64,000 nucleotides of DNA from positions 248,001-312,000 of the forward strand of contig JAXLNO010000709.1 of the NCBI GenBank assembly GCA_038087875.1, in the 5' to 3' direction. Positions 51,288 to 64,000 of the stretch are shown here, piece after piece. A program made the position numbers and the translations under genes. Each line of letters starts with the position of its first letter. Position 1 is the first letter of the stretch. Under the pieces are notes generated by a model. The model was not told the origin of the DNA and did no database searches. It saw only the letters and a list, made by a program, of their open reading frames with translations. This DNA is from Malacoraja senta. Its lineage: Eukaryota.

Positions 51288-52075
51288 TTTTGCGTTGGGA
51301 CCCTTCTTTCTACTGATTGTAGCGGGGGGATAAAAGGTGGGGTTGGGTCAAAGCCTGGTCAGCAATAAGTGGATACAGGTGGGAAGGTTCATCGGCAGAC
51401 GGCTAGACAAAGGCCACAGATGTAAAGAAGACAAAAGGCGGTGTGGGGTAAGGTGAGGTGAAGATTGATATGTGAAAATGAGGAAGGGATACAGCTGAAA
51501 GGGGTGGGATAGCGGGAGAAATGCGTGCACACCCAGGTGGGGCACAGGTAACAGGAGGGGGTGCACCAAGAGGATAGAGGTTTGGGTTGTAACCTAAAAT
51601 AGGAGGATTCAATGTTCAAATCATTGGGTTGCAAGCTACCTAAGCTGTTCTTCCAGGATATGTGTAGCTTCACTCTGGCAATGGAGGAGACTCAAGACAG
51701 AAAAGTAGATATGGGAATGGGAAGGATTCAACGATACTTTATTGTCACATGTACCTAGGTGCAGTGAAATGCATTGTTTTGCAAACAACCTGGTAAAATC
51801 GTACAGCAAACCTCACCTAGGCAGCACACAAGAGAGGCCACGTTTCTGGTGCCGAGAAGTTCATTGAACAGTTTTATCTTGACTAATATGGTAAAATGGT
51901 TAGCAACCGGAGGATCCAGTTGGCCTCGGCAGACCAAGCGCAAGTGTTTGGCAAAACGGTCGCCTAGTTTATGCTTGGTCTTGGTCTTGTCGATATAAAG
52001 GAGGCCACATCACACGCACCAAATACAGTACATGAGGTTAGAGGAGGTGCATGTGAACCTTTGATGAATACTTTC
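51288..52075 (-). mobile_element. Degraded Penelope element (GIY-YIG region to 3' repeat) with a nested insert
   Basis: RFTCTSSNLMYCIWC; homology to 7420-7720; degenerate hammerhead near 51290-51310. Confidence 0.75.
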
Positions 52076-52959
52076 CTTGGCCATGACAAAAAATGAACTA
52101 CAGAAAGAACTCAAGGTAGCATCTTGGAAGGAAATGGGCAGATGACATTTTGGGTTGGGACCCTTCTTCAGACTGAAATAAAGGAGATGTGTAGGAAGAA
52201 ACTGGAGATGCTGGTTTACAGTAAAGATAGACACAAAATGCTGGAGTAGCCCAGCGGGATATGCTGCATCTCTGCCGAGTTGATGTTAAATGGGTGATGT
52301 TTTGGGTAGAGACCCTTCTTCAGACATATTTCAGACTATTCCCCTGATAGTTTGTGTCTATCTTTGAAATATGAATAGGTATCTGATCAAAGAGATCATA
52401 TCTTCCTTTTCCTTAAGCTAACCAATTGGAGTTGAGTCTTCTGAGATATGGAATATCTCCAGATTCCACCTTTTTCCACAAGATCATCCAAATACACTGG
52501 CAGGATAAGCAAGCCTGCATCAGTAATCTCTCCTAAACAAACTTATTGAGAATACTGAGTGGAGAGACAATAAGATTTAAGGCTGTTCTCAATGCCTTCT
52601 TAAAAATGTAACAAAGTCACGACCTAATCTGAATTTCTGGACCGTGACTGCGCAAAATGGAACATTTGGGATGGTATTATGAACCCCATTCATCAAGTAA
52701 ATGATGGAGGACACTAACTCCCCAATTATCTATTCAACTCCAGCAAGACCCCCTGCCCACCTATGACCGAGTCTGCTGATCCCACAAAGGCCTCATCAGT
52801 ATCATTTTAGACGTGTATAATTCCCCATCTCCTAACGGTGGGCATCTGGTAACATGCCATGAAATCAGAATGTTACAGCATTGGAGAACATTGAAGTCCC
52901 TTAGCTTATTAAAAATGTGGAGAATATAATCTTCTCCATTCAACAGGCTCTCCACTCTG

Positions 52960-54660
52960 TACTGGACCACTTGGACAATAAGAAGATGTAGGTCAGACTG
53001 TTCATCGATTACAGCTTGGCATTCATTAGCATCATCCCATCCAAACTTGGAATCAAACTCAAAGAACTGAGTGTCTGTTCATCCCTATCTAACTGGTTGC
53101 TTGGCTTCCTCATTGGTAGACCACAATTAGTCTGAATTGACAACAATGCTTCCTCCTCAATAACTCGATTCCTCCACATAAGAGCATCTTATGAGCTCAG
53201 TCCCTTGCTCTACTCTCTCGGTCGGAGGAGCCTCACCTCGTGGGTCGGTCGGTGGAGCCTCGCCTCGCGGGTCGGAGCCCTTTCGGCAGAGCGACTGATG
53301 GAGCCCGCGGCTGGGGCCCGGGTCGGCACCAAGGAGGCCTCCGAAGAAGACCCGGCAGCATTGGTGGAGAGGTCGATGCAACGGCCAAGGATGGCGCCGA
53401 CCGATGGACGAGACAGACACGTGAAGTAGGGCGTCGGTAACAGTGAGGCCTCGGCGGCGGTGGCCGTGAGTCCTCGTGACGAAGGGGCCTCGGCTGTGGT
53501 GAAGCCTCACGGCGGCGGCGATGCCTTGCAGGTTAACCCACGGTTGATGAGAACATGGAGGGGCCGCCGTGAGGGAGAGGGAAGAACAATGGAGGATCTA
53601 GTGTGGGGGAACTGCTGTGGGCGGGGGGAGGAGAACAAAAGAGGAGCCGGCATACTTTGTAACTTTGTCAGCGCTGTAGGTGGCTGCTATTTGTATGAAT
53701 TGGGTATGCAAGCAATGAATTTCACTGTACCTTGTCACATGTGATAATAAAGTATTCCATTCAATTCTATACTTATGTAGCCAGGTACAACTTGTTAGAT
53801 TCACTGACAATACCACTGTTGTTGGACGAATAACGGATGACGATGAGTCTGAGTGCAGAGAAGAGATTGAAAATCTATTTGAATGGTGCCAGAACTTGCT
53901 CTCAATATTAGCAAGACCAAGAGCTGATTTTTGACCAGAAGGAGAAAGCCGGGGATCCACAAACATGGCTTCAGCGATCGGCTGGCAGTGGAGAGAGTGA
54001 ACAGCTTTAAGTTCATGGGCAAGCATAACTCTGAACATCTGTCCTGGACCCTGCACATGGATGCAATCACAAAGAAAGCTAATCAACGACACTACTCTCT
54101 TAGAAGATTGAGGAAATTTGGTATGTCAACAAATACTCTTTTCTAACTTCTACAGGTGTACATTAGAGAGCATACCGACTAGTTGTCAACTCAAATGCCC
54201 AAGAATAAAATAGACTGCAGTGAACGGTAAACTTCACGGACTCCTGATCATCAAAGGGATCTACTGAAGGTGCTGTCTCAAAAATGCAGCTAATGTCATC
54301 AAAGACCCACAGCAACCTGGTCGCGCTCTCATTTTGCTACCACCACTGGGAAGAAGGTCAGGGAACCTGAAAACCGTGATCACCAGCTTCAAGACCAGCT
54401 GCTTCCCAGCAACCATCAGGCTCTCGAACACAGCACAACACTAACCTCAGCAACTATGACCTTCTATGGACAGCCTTTGGTTGCAACATGAACTTTGGTT
54501 TTTGCACAGTTATGGTTACCATAATAGTAATTTATTGTATTTTTGATTACTAAATATTAGCAGTGTGCGGTTGTGTTTACGAGTTCGATAAGCTGCAGCA
54601 AGAAAGAATTTCACTGTTTTGTTATCGGAACATATAACAATTAAACACTCTAGATTCTTG
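52960..54660 (+). mobile_element. Degraded Rex1-like LINE interrupted by a GC-rich insert (53220-53767)
   Basis: VRLFIDYSLAF..VERVNSFKFMG..LSWTLH..LRRLRKFG segments and Rex1 tail. Confidence 0.8.
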
Positions 54661-54751
54661 AATCTCTTACACATTCCATACAATAAATTTGTCTTCATGC
54701 ATCTACAGACAGTAATGCAGCTTTCAGTGCAAGTCACGTAGTAATGTATTT

Positions 54752-54931
54752 CAGCGGGTGCGGAAGCATCTATGGAGCGAAGGAAATAGGCAACTTTTCG
54801 GGCCGAAACCCTTCTTCAGAAGAAGGGTTTCTCTATTTCCTTCGCTCCATAGATGCTGCTGCACCCGCTGAGTTTCTCCAGCACTTTTGTCTACCTTTGA
54901 TTTTCCAGCATCTGCAGTTCCTTCTTAAACA
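54752..54931. mobile_element. Fold-back Penelope-derived short element
   Basis: Arms meet at aaacccttcttcagaagaagggttt; 13-bp TSD tagtaatgtattt at 54739-54751 and 54932-54944. Confidence 0.85.
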
Positions 54932-55769
54932 TAGTAATGTATTTATCCTGTTTTCTTGTCAGCTTTGACCTCTTATCCTGAAAACTTGCTGAAAAACATA
55001 TCCAGTGGTGCCAGGTGCCATCCAGTTCCTGACTTCACATTGAGTATCAATGAAACTATTTAACTGCAGAGGTCATGTGGCAGAAAACCTGGTTAACTGG
55101 ATGAAGGTCATTTGTAATGTCCCTCACCAGCTGAGATCAACTAATTCAATACAGACTAGCTTTTTAACCTGGGGCCACCTTGTGGTTTGGACCTTTATTT
55201 GAAACATTCTTGAGGTTACATGTGAGCTCCCTTTGTAACATGAAGGAGTCATCATAGAATGATGGAAAGAGGCCTCGAGACTGATCATGCTTCTTCTCTT
55301 CACATAAAGGGCCACACAGTTAATCCTTCAGCTACTCTCTCTCCATAACCCCGGAACTGTCATTTTTCCAAGTGTTTTCAGTCCTCTGTAAATGTTGACT
55401 ACAGCTTGGCTGCTGCAGCAAAAAAGTCCTGAACATCATGCTGCATGTGATTTTGAAAATGTATACTTTTATTGCATTGTTCTTTGATGAAAATTAGTTC
55501 GTAAACAGCTTAGTGGAGAATTTTTTCCCATCATATATAATTTTGGGTGATTAATCGACATTGAAAGATTCAAACCTGATACATTCACCATCTGGAAATT
55601 GTTTGGCGATAAAATCTGTAACCAAAGAAGTTCCTGGGAGCATCCATCTCAGACACAGGATGATAAAAAAATTGCATCTGTTGATAAAAAAATGTATGAA
55701 CATAAGAAATAAAAGTAAGAGTAGGTCGCGGAGCTACTCGTGTCCACTTTACCTTTTAATCAGACCGTG

Positions 55770-56375
55770 TGCGATTTAGTGCCACTTTCCTGTACCTTGA
55801 TTCCCTTAATATCTGAAAGTCTTTTCATCTCATTCTTGAAAGATGGGATGGAGAATTCCGAAGGTTCACTTCCCTCTGAGTGAGGAAATTTCTTCTCACA
55901 TCAGTCCTAAATTTTGATTTAGCTCTTAGGGCTAAAGGAATCAAGGGATATGGGGGAAAAAGCAGGAACAGGGTACTGATTTTGGATGATCAGCCATGAT
56001 CATATTGAATGGCTCGAAGGGCAGAATGGCCTACTCCTGCACCTATTTTCTATTTTCTATGTTTCTAAATGGTTGATCTCTTACATTGACACTGTGACCC
56101 CTGCTTCTGGATATACCTGTCAGGGGAACCATCATCCTCGCATCGACCCTGTCCAGCTTGTAATAACAAGCTTGTGGGGTGGTGAATCTGTGGAATTCAT
56201 TGCCACAGACGGCAGTGGAGGCCAATTCATTGGCTGTTTTTAAAGCAGAGATTGATAGGTTCTTGATTAGTAAGGATGTCAAAGGTAAGGTGTAGATGTC
56301 AGGAGAATGGTGTTGAGAGGGAAGAAACATCAGCTGTGATCGAATGGCTGGAGAACACTCGATGGGCCGAGTGGT
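55770..56375. mobile_element. Cluster of CR1 3' fragments in both orientations
   Basis: CR1 3'UTR on + at ~55912-56065 and ~56178-56375 within an older minus-strand copy. Confidence 0.7.
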
Positions 56376-57365
56376 CTGGTAATCTCACCTTTCTTATTAT
56401 GAATGTTAAAATTAGATTTAAAATCCTTCCCCAGCCAACATATGGGTCAACCCATCTCTGCAAGCATCTTCTGCCGAGTGGGAACTCGGCTTTGCAGGTG
56501 CATTTCTGACTTGCGAACTATTTGGGCTACAAACAGTTCTCGTCAACGGAACACTGCTGTAACCTGGGGACAACCTGTACAGCACATTAGCACGGTTACG
56601 TTGGACCATGAGTACTAGAATCGTGCTCAGTGGGAACCGACTGTGTGGTTGTCTAAGTTGCCCAAAATGGGCGACTTGGGTTGTGTGGTATTGCTGCCTC
56701 GTAGTTCCAGTGACCCAGGTTCTATCCTGACCTGTGATGCTGTTCATGTGGAATTTGCACTTCTTCACTTCAGCCGTTTAGATTTCCACCAGGTATTCTG
56801 GTGAACAGCCTCCCGAAGACAGGCTGAGATAAGTGGTTTAAAAAAAAAGATTCAAGTGGATGTTAATGAGTGTAAGTTGCAGTCAAGAGGAAACAAGGAG
56901 TGGGTGAATGTGCCTTGGTTGGATGGCTCTGCAGGAGCTGGAATGGATTGAATAGCTTGCTATGTTGTAATAAAACATAGAAACATAGAAAATTAGGTGC
57001 AGGAGTAGGCCATTCGGCCCTATGAGCCAGCACCGCCAGTCAATATGAACATGGCTAATCATCTAAAATCAGTACCCCGTTCCTGGTTTTCCCCATGTTC
57101 CCTGACTCCTTTAGCCCTAAGAGCTAAATCTAACTCTCTCTTGAAAACATCCAGTGAATTGGCATCCACTGCCTCCTGTGGCAGCGAATTCCACTGAATC
57201 ACAACTCTCTGGGTGAAAAAAAGTCCTCATATCAGTCCTAAATGGCCTTAAACTGTGACCACTGCTTCTGGACTCCCCCAACATCGGGAACATTTTCACT
57301 GCATCTAGCCTGTCCAATCCTTTAAGAATTCACTATGTTTCTACAACCCTCTCATCCTTCTAAAT

Positions 57366-58720
57366 TCAAGATTCAAGATTCAAGAGAGTTTATTGTCATG
57401 TGTCCCTGATGCGACAATTAAATTCTTGCTTTGCTTCAGCACAACAGAACATAGTAGGCATGACTACAGAACAGATCAGTGTGTCCATATACCATTATCT
57501 AAATAAATATATACACACATGAATAAATAAACTGATATAGTGCAAATAATCAGATAATGGGCTATTAATGTTCAGAGTTTTGTTTGAGCCAAGTTTAATA
57601 GCCTAATGGCTGTGGGGAAGTAGCTATTCCTGAAACTGTTCGTTGCAGTCTTCAGGCTCCTGTACCTTCTACCTGAAGGTAGCGGGGAGATGAGTGTGTG
57701 GCCAGGATGGTGTGGGTCCTTCATGATACTGCCAGCCTTTTTGAGGCAGCGACTGCGATAGATCCCCTCGATGGAAGGGAGGTCAGAGCCGATGATGGAC
57801 TGGGCAGTGTTTACTACTTTTTGTAGTCTTTTCCGCTCCAGGGCGCTCAAGTTGCCGAACCAAGTCACGATGCAACCGGTCAGCATGCTCTCTACTGTGC
57901 AACTGTAGAAGTTAGAGAGAGTCCTCCTTGACAAACTGACTCTCCGTAATCTTCTCAGGAAGTAGAGGCGCTGATGTGCTTTCTTAATAATTGCATCAGT
58001 GTTCTCGGACCAGGAAAGATCTTCAGAGATGTGCACGCCCAGGAATTTGAAGCTCTTGACCCTTTCAACCATCGACCCGTTGATATAAACGGGACTGTGG
58101 GTCCCCATCCTACTCCTTCCAAAGTCCACAATCAGTTCCTTGGTTTTGCTGGTGTTGAGGGCAAGGTTATTGCGCTGGCACCATATGGACAGTCGCTCGA
58201 TCTCACTTCTATACTCTGACTCATCCCCATCAGTGATACGTCCCACAACAGTGGTGTCGTCAGCGAACTTGATGATGTAGTTCGCACTATGACCGGCTAC
58301 GCAGTCATGAGTATAGAGTGAGTACAACAGGGGGCTGTGCACGCAGCCTTGAGGTGCTCCCGTGCTGATTGTTATCGAGGCTGACACATTTCCACCAATA
58401 CGAACAGACTGTGGTCTGTGAATGAGGAAGTCGAGGATCCAATTGCAGAGAGATGCGCAGAGACCCAGTTCTGCGAGTTTGGTAACCATCTTGGAGGGGA
58501 TGATTATATTAAATGCCGAGCTGCAATCAATTAATAACAGCCTGACATATGAGTTTTTGTTGTCCAAGTGGTCCAGAGTGGAGTGGAGAGCCAGCGAGAT
58601 CGCATACACTGTTGATCGGTTGCGGCGGTTAGCGAACTGCAGTGGGTCCAGGTTTTTGTCGAGGTAGGAGTTGATTTGCACCATGATCAACCTCTCAAAG
58701 CACTTCATAACCACAGACGT
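57366..58720 (-). mobile_element. Young Rex1/Babar-like LINE, 5'-truncated, RT frame uninterrupted
   Basis: [48 protein letters not shown] open from 58720 to 57572; (ttgaatc)n tail. Confidence 0.93.
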
Positions 58721-59149
58721 TAGTGAATACAAGCCCAGTCGACAATACAATTCTAGTGAATACAAGCCCAGTCGACCCACTCTTTCATCAAATGTTAGTC
58801 CCGTCATCCCAGGAATTAACCTGGTGAACCTACGCTGCAGTCCCTCAATAGCAATAATATCCTTCCTCAAATTAGGAGACCAAAATTGCACACAATACTC
58901 CAGGTGCGCTCTCACCAAGACCCTGTACAACTGCAGTAGGACCTCCTTGCTTCTAAACTCAAATCCTCTCACAATGAAGGGCAACATGCCATTAGCTTTC
59001 CTCACTGCCTGCTGTACCTGCATGCTTATTTTCAGTGACTGATGTACAAGCACACCCAGGTCTAGTTGCACCTCCCCTTTTCCTAATCTAACACCATTCA
59101 GATAATAATCTGCCTTCCTGTTCTTGCCACCAAAGTGGATAACCTCACA

Positions 59150-60053
59150 CAGTGGCGGAAATCCCGGGGGGCCAGGGGACACACGTCCCCCTCTGTTTTG
59201 AGAGGTGGGGGACGATCCCCCCCCCCCCCCCCTTTGTAATCCGGATTTTAAAACCCGGTGAAATCTCCACTTTCTGCGAGACTAGGGCTGGGACTGCTGA
59301 TCGAAGGCGCCGATTGAACGAGAGAGATGTCGGTCAGCAGGCAATGGGGCGGTACATGATGATTGAGTGCGATGATTGGAGGAGGGAGGTGTCGGTCAGA
59401 GGCCGAAGTAGGGTGGTAGGACTGAGGATAGAGCGCGGTGATTGGAGGAGCGAAACGTGCTCAGGTCATAGGGTCACAACGGCAGTCCTGGACAAAGATC
59501 CTATAGGATCTTTGATAGCAAGGTCCTGGAAACAGTCCCGCACCTCATCCTCAGCCAGGATCGATCCCGGCTGGCTCTCCGGCGCGGCAATCGCTGCCGA
59601 ACCACCACTGGGCCATCCTCGTCCCCACCCGAGTGCCCCCCCCATGCCCGGGGGTGGCCAGAGACGTCCGGAGTGAGACGGGCGCGGTGCCCCCAGGCCC
59701 ACAGAGCTAAATCCAGCTCAACTCTGCCTCTCCTGCCGGGTTAACCTACAGCCCTGCCTGGACTTAAGGGAAATATGGCCTTGGTTTACAGCCAGCGCGG
59801 AGAAGCAGCGCTAGCTCCACGGCTCCGGACTGGTATTCCGTCAGTCCAGGCAGGGCTGTAGGTTAACCCGGTGAGACAGGCAGAGTTGAGCTGCATTTAG
59901 CGCTGGATTGAGCTGTAATTACCGTTCACAGGGCCAACAGAAGCCTCCGAAGCCTTGCGTGTGTGTGTGTGAGTATGCACATGCTCGCGCGGCCGCCGAG
60001 AAATTGTGTTCCCCCTGTCCCCCGGTCCCCTCCATATTTTGACCGTGATTTCC
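59150..60053. mobile_element. GC-rich non-autonomous DNA transposon (hAT-like end) in CR1
   Basis: Left end cagtggcggaaatc; right end gatttcc is a truncated inverted copy; interrupts CR1 between aacctcaca and acattatac. Confidence 0.55.
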
Positions 60054-61524
60054 ACATTATACAGCATCTGCCCACTCCCCCAACCCTATCCGTCACCCTG
60101 CAGCCTCATAACATCCTCATCGCAGCTCACACTGCCACGCAGCTTTGTGTCATCCCCAAACTTGGAGATTTAATTCCCTCATCTAAATCGTTAATATATA
60201 TCGTAAATAACTGGGATCCCAGCACCGAGCCTTGCGCCACCCCACTAGTCACTGCCTGCCATTTTGAAAAGGATCCGTTAATTCCTACTCTTTGCTTCCT
60301 GTCTGCCAACCAGTTCTCTCTCTATGTCAATACTCTACCCCAATACAATCTGCTCTAATTTTGCACACTAATCTGTTTTGTGGGACCTTGTCGAAGGCTT
60401 TGACAGTCCAGATACACCATATCTACTGACTCGCCCTTATCCATTCTACTCGTTACATCCTCAAAAAATTCCAGATTAGTCAAGCATGATATCCCCTTCA
60501 TAATCCATGCTGACTTTGACCGATCCTGTCACTGCTATAACATCTTGAATAATCGACTCCAGCATCTTCCCCACTACCGATGTAAGGCTAACTGGTCTAT
60601 AATTCCCCGTTTTCTCTCTCCCTCCTTTCTTAAAAAGTGGGGTTACATTGGCTGCCCTCCAGTCCACAGGAACTGATCCAGTGTCGAGGGAACATTGGAA
60701 AATGATCACCAATGCATCCACGATTTCTAGCGCTACCTCCATGAGTACACTGGCATGCAGACCATCAGGCCCTAGAGATTTATCTACCTTCAGTCCCAAC
60801 AGTTCAGCTAACATCATTTCCTGACGAATGCAGATTCCCTTCAGTTCCTCCTTCCCACTAGATCCTCGGTCCCCTAGTATTTCTGAAAGATTTTTGTCTT
60901 CCTTAGTGTAGACAGAACCAAAGTACTCATATAACTGTTCTGCCATTTCCTTGTTTCCCATTATAAATTCACCTGTCTCTGATTGTAAGGAAATTACATT
61001 TGTCTTCCCTAATCTTTTCCTTTTTATACATCTAAAGAAGCTTTTAGAGTCAGTTTTTATATATACTTCGTAGCTTGCTTTCATGCTCTTTTCCCCCCTC
61101 TTATTTAACCCCTTTGTCCTCCTCTGTTGAGTTCTAAATTTCTCCCAGTCCTCCAGTTTGCTGCTTCCTCTGGCCAATTTATATGCCTCTTCCTTGGATT
61201 TAACACTATCCTTGATTTCCCTCGTTAACCATGGTTGAGCCGCCTTCCCCGTTTTATTTAGTTCGCCAGACAGGGATGAACAAATTTTGGAGTTCATCCA
61301 TGCGGTCTTTAAATCTTTGCCATTGCATCTCCACCGTCAACCCTTTAAATATAATTTGGCTGTCTATCCTAGCCAATTCCCGTCTCATATCTTCAAAGTC
61401 TCCTTTCTTTAAGTTCATTTCAAGTAAGTAATTTCATCCAAGACAGATTTGCTAAGTACTATTCAGATGTAGTCCTCTGTCCTTGATCAAAAGCAGTGTA
61501 TGTCCAGTTTAACAGATCTGTTAA

Positions 61525-61905
61525 GAGTCATAGTCATAGAGTGATACAGTGTGGAAACAGGCCCTTCGGCCCAACTTGCCCCCACACCGGCCAACATGTC
61601 CCAGCTACATTAGTCCCATCTGCCTGCGCTTGGTCCATATCCCTTCAAACTTGCCCTATCCATGTACCTGTCTAACTATTTCTTAAACGTTGGCATAGTC
61701 CCAGCCTCAACTACCTCCTCTGGCAGTTTATCCCATACACCCACCGCCCTTTGTGTGAAAAAGTTACCCCTCTGATTCCTATTCAATCTTTTCCCCTTCA
61801 CCTTGAACCTATGTCCTGCGGTCCTTGATTCCCATACTCTGGGCACGAGATTCTGTGCATCTACCCAATCTATTACTCTCATGATTTTATCACCCCTCAT
61901 CCTCC
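61525..61905 (-). mobile_element. CR1 3' fragment
   Basis: GNFFTQRAVGVWDKLPEEVVEAG; (actatg)n-type tail. Confidence 0.88.
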
Positions 61906-62129
61906 TGTTGTTCCACATTTCTACAAGTGGCGCTGGGTCAGGTCAGATTAGAATATGGCAAAAATTATACATCCTCAGGCTCCAGTGAATTTGCAATCAC
62001 AATGGTCTTGTTGTGTATTAATCCAATATCTGAGCAGCATCTCTATTGTGTGTGGTTGTAAGCTGGAGATTCTCATGAGTTGGTTAGGATACTCAAAAAT
62101 CAAAATAATCATGAGTGCTTAATTGCCAT

Positions 62130-62415
62130 ATAAGTTCATAAGTTCTCGGAGCAGCATTAAGTCATTCGGCCCATCAAGTCTACTCCACCATTCAATCATG
62201 GCTGATCTATCTCTCCTTCTCAACCCCATTCTCCTTCCTTGGTCCCATAACCACTCACACCCTTACTCATCATGAATCTACCAATCACCGCCTTAAAAAT
62301 ATCCATTCACTTGGCCTCCACAGCTGACTGTGGCAATGAATTCCACAGATTCACCACACTGACTAAAGAAATTCCTTCTCATCTCCTTTCTAAAGGTACG
62401 TCCTTTTATTCTGAG
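62130..62415 (-). mobile_element. CR1 3' end
   Basis: Homologous to 8125-8470. Confidence 0.8.
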
Positions 62416-62911
62416 CCTATTGGCAGTACAATATATATTGGCAACAGAACAATGAAATTGTTACTTGCTGTGGCTTTACAGTCCCGATATTACACCATCT
62501 TAAGGAGACCTTTTGAGAAAAGTATCAATTATTTCATTGTCCTCCCAGTAATATTCTCTTGCTGGAGTTTAGAATAGATTGTCTATTTCAGTTGACTGAT
62601 GTGAGGCATGTGAGCGGCTTGGCCTGACAAGTAGAGTGGACAATGTAATTGGAGCTGCAATATTAGGGATGATGGACTCTGCAGTTTCTTCACTTGTCCT
62701 GTCACTGTCCTTGAAGGTTTTGCAAAGACAGACCTGATGCTATCTCTCCATTGCTTTGATATGGCAGCTGCTGCATAGGGATCACTCCAACATAGTAGAC
62801 TATAAACTTGTCTCAAGGTTTAGGTCTTAATCTTCAAACATTCCTTTCCTCAGAGGGCCAAAGGCTCTGCTGGCACCTTGGAGCTGGTGATGAATGTAAT
62901 CATCGATGGCT

Positions 62912-63510
62912 GAATGAATGAATGAATAAGTTTATTGGCCAAGTATGCTCACATACAATGAATTTGCCTTGATGCTCCGCTCGCAAGTTACAACATGACA
63001 TACAGTGACAATTAAGAATGACACCTAAAACATTAAACATTAATAATAATACATTATCAATTAAACGTGAATTAAATAAAATACCAGAGCAAAAGGAGGC
63101 TACAGATTTTTGGTTATTGAGTAGAGCTACTACTCGTGGAAAAAAGCTGTTTTTATGTCTGGCTGTGGCAGCTTTGACATTCCGGAGTCGCCTTCCAGAG
63201 GGAAGTGATTCAAAGAGTTTGTGGCCAGGGTGAGAGGGGTGAGAGATAATCTTTCCCGCTCGCTTCCTGGCCCTTGCAGTGTACAGTTCGTCAATGGAGG
63301 GAAGGTTGCAGCCAATTACCTTCTCAGCTGATCGGACGATTCGCTGCAGCCTCCGGGTGTCGTGCTTGGTGGCTGAACCAATCCAGACCATGATGGAGAA
63401 GGTGAGGACAGACTCTACGATGGCCGTATAGATTTGGACCATCATTGCCTGTGGCAGGTTGTGTTTCCTCAGCTGCCGCAGGAAGTACATCCTCCATTGT
63501 GCCTCTCCCA
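62912..63510 (-). mobile_element. Rex1/Babar-like LINE 3' fragment (second subfamily)
   Basis: YFLRQLRK..YTAIVESVLTFSI.VW..HPGHKLF..LPSGRRLR..RHKNSFFP; (attc)n tail; related tail at ~11615-11760. Confidence 0.88.
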
Positions 63511-63865
63511 GATGTTCCTATGGTCTCCTCACAGATCTTTACTGTCAGAGAGCAGCATTGTGCAGGTTAGTAAAGCCCAATTTTTCAAATGGCATGGTGA
63601 ACCACTGATCAAAAACTTGTTCTCATTGAGTTCACTTACACAAGTGTCATCTGCATCTCACAGATTGACCACTAAAGTTGGAGTGACCTTAAATTGGGAT
63701 CCAAGGCTTTGTTGGTTAAGCACTTTGCCATTTGACCTACAGATTTGCTCTGTTGAGCTGGATGTCTGTAGGAAGTGAGTGGCAGTATTGCAGTGAGATA
63801 CATCGAAAAAATGATTGGGGCAACGGCATAGCTTTGCTTGATGCTGCTTTGCTCTGAAATAGTGC

Positions 63866-64000
63866 AAGAAGGAACTGCAGATGCTGGTTCACACCGAAGA
63901 TAGGCACAAAATGCTGGAGTAATTCAGTGGCTCAGGCAGCATCTCTGGAGAAAAGGAATAGCTGACGTTTAGGATCTGAAATGTCACCTACTGCTTTTCT
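63866..64000. mobile_element. Penelope-derived fold-back repeat at window edge
   Basis: Minus arm, then turnaround at tgacgtttaggatctgaaatgtca. Confidence 0.7.

Larger units (their letters stand above)
56975..61418 (-). mobile_element. CR1 LINE ORF2 remnant hosting nested Rex1 and DNA-transposon inserts
   Basis: ORF 60476-61297 (PWLTREIK..GPDGLH..DWRAANVTPLFKKG), 60127-60309 (QGSVLG..IYINDLD), 58754-59150 ([10 protein letters not shown]), 3' end 56975-57365. Confidence 0.92.

Noticed and set aside
57572..59182. 536-aa ORF as a novel RT gene
   Set aside because: Chance in-frame join of a DNA-transposon end, a CR1 C-terminus and a nested Rex1 RT; no credible start codon or promoter.

Overview
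Repeat-dense eukaryotic DNA, most likely a cartilaginous-fish genome (inferred from tRNA-derived V-SINEs, abundant CR1 and Rex1/Babar-type LINEs, Penelope and DIRS elements). Nearly all long ORFs in the track are transposon remnants or their antisense shadows. The window is probably mostly intronic: there is one good candidate coding exon (+, 13137-13272), a phase-compatible candidate last exon (+, 50109-50154), and several repeat-free blocks that look like conserved non-coding elements. Highlights: (1) many short Penelope-derived inserts carry a minimal hammerhead-ribozyme motif; several are fold-back palindromes that turn around at the ribozyme core and are bounded by 10-17 bp target-site duplications (TSDs). 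(2) A DIRS tyrosine-recombinase retrotransposon has a readable ITR/ICR system. Its left terminus lies about 3 kb away in the opposite orientation, joined to the other half of the same target site, which implies TATT-core integration and a later inversion of about 6 kb. (3) A TSD-bounded, highly structured 402-bp RTE-like non-autonomous element. (4) A non-autonomous Helitron. (5) A SINE-spacer-SINE composite that occurs twice. All calls were made by eye and boundaries are approximate unless a TSD or TIR is quoted.
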